Positions 63,334 through 64,000 of a stretch of 64,000 bases of DNA are shown piece by piece (positions within the stretch are counted from its first letter, which is position 1; each line of letters opens with the position of its first letter). This DNA comes from an uncultured Chloroflexia bacterium (lineage in GTDB: Bacteria; Chloroflexota; Dehalococcoidia; Dehalococcoidales; RBG-16-60-22): NCBI GenBank assembly GCA_963739515.1, contig CAVUAO010000003.1, positions 912,387 to 976,386 on the forward strand. The letters are read 5' to 3'. The position numbers were made by a program, and so were the translations under genes. The notes below the pieces were generated by a model. It did not search any database. It was given only the letters and a program-made list of their open reading frames with translations, and was not told the origin of the DNA.

Positions 63334-64000
63334 CTAAAGCTTGGTAGCCAGGAAAGCGAGAGCCGCGCCGAGGATGACCGCGGCCCCGATGAGCCCGATT
63401 ACCAGCAGCTTGACGATTCGCTCCAGGTGCTCCATATGAGTCTCCAGGCCGAGGACCTCGGAGCGGATGCGCAGTTCGCCGCGCTCTACCGACCTGATAA
63501 TCCGTATGATGCGCCGGGGCAGTCCGGCGCTGAAAATCGCTAAATTGCCCAGCGCCTCCGGGAACCGGTGGACGGTAGCGGAAAGCGAGTACCTCTTGGT
63601 GTAAATCTGCTCGACATGGGGCTGCAGCTCCTGGAAGAAATCAAAATTCGGGTCGAGCCCCTTTCCCAGGGCCTGCGCCATCGCCATCGTTTTCAGCAGC
63701 AGGAAAGTGTTGGCGGGAAACTGGACCCCGTTGCGGCGCGCGACCGAGAACAGCTCTCCGAGGTTCGTCGCCAGGTAAAACTCCGCTTCCTGCGGGTAAT
63801 GGCCCATCACGTGCTTGAGGTCGGCCCTCAGGCTCTCTCTCTGACCCAGCGGGGCGATTGCCCCCATGTCGATGATAGTTTCCATCAGCACATCGACATC
63901 CCGGTCGAGGATAGCTTTAACCGCGCTGGCGAGCTGGTCCCGGATTTCATCATCGATAAACCCCACCATGCCGAAATCAATCAGGCCGAGGTTCCCGTTA
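63334..64000 (-). CDS. ABC1/UbiB-family atypical kinase (C-terminal part; gene continues beyond the window end)
   Basis: Upstream of the track Met the frame stays open: ...GNLGLIDFGMVGFIDDEIRDQL is a typical ABC1 motif. The C-terminus is a TM anchor. Confidence 0.75.
   Translation of the reverse strand, partial: NGNLGLIDFGMVGFIDDEIRDQLASAVKAILDRDVDVLMETIIDMGAIAPLGQRESLRADLKHVMGHYPQEAEFYLATNLGELFSVARRNGVQFPANTFLLLKTMAMAQALGKGLDPNFDFFQELQPHVEQIYTKRYSLSATVHRFPEALGNLAIFSAGLPRRIIRIIRSVERGELRIRSEVLGLETHMEHLERIVKLLVIGLIGAAVILGAALAFLATKL

Overview
This 64-kb window appears to come from an anaerobic bacterium with a mosaic of GC-rich and more AT-rich segments. No taxon can be proven from the sequence, and all family calls rest on motif recognition in the translated ORFs because no searches were run.

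Main blocks, left to right:
- (1) A geranylgeranyl-reductase-like gene end and a DUF134 / zinc-ribbon / NifX-like trio.
- (2) A fused double family-III CoA-transferase.
- (3) tRNA-Pro(GGG) followed by a roughly 12-kb degenerate genomic island. It is bounded by an exact 43-bp repeat of the tRNA 3' half. It carries a truncated integrase, an ATPase-less peptide ABC transporter, a decayed type III restriction helicase, a methyltransferase and a CocE/NonD hydrolase.
- (4) A cytoplasmic molybdopterin oxidoreductase operon (Fe-S, NrfD-like, catalytic and cytochrome-b-like subunits) joined to UbiA prenyltransferase and methyltransferase genes.
- (5) An acyl/aryl-CoA cluster: twin SDRs, a candidate selenoprotein, two CoA-transferase subunits and a four-gene benzoyl-CoA-reductase / 2-hydroxyacyl-CoA-dehydratase-type enzyme with two different ATPase subunits.
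- (6) Ku plus split LigD, then SDR, URO-D-family, LysR, UDG-like and acyl-CoA dehydrogenase genes.
- (7) tRNA-Val, glpX, glgC and an RRM protein.
- (8) A giant HdrA with a GltD-like insert, then hdrCB-mvhDGA, bracketed by an RHH-REC regulator and a histidine kinase.
- (9) An MFS transporter behind a structured leader, a tandem cupin-like protein and a partial UbiB kinase.

Most interesting observations:
- An in-frame TGA with a SECIS-like hairpin joins two track ORFs into a 563-codon UxxC protein inside the CoA cluster.
- Two inverted composite repeat modules (REP-like hairpins plus 43-bp-periodic AAAAACGAAT arrays) lie 26 kb apart.
- The tRNA-Pro island has exact att-like repeats.
- The leader upstream of the MFS gene has a riboswitch-like anti-terminator geometry.
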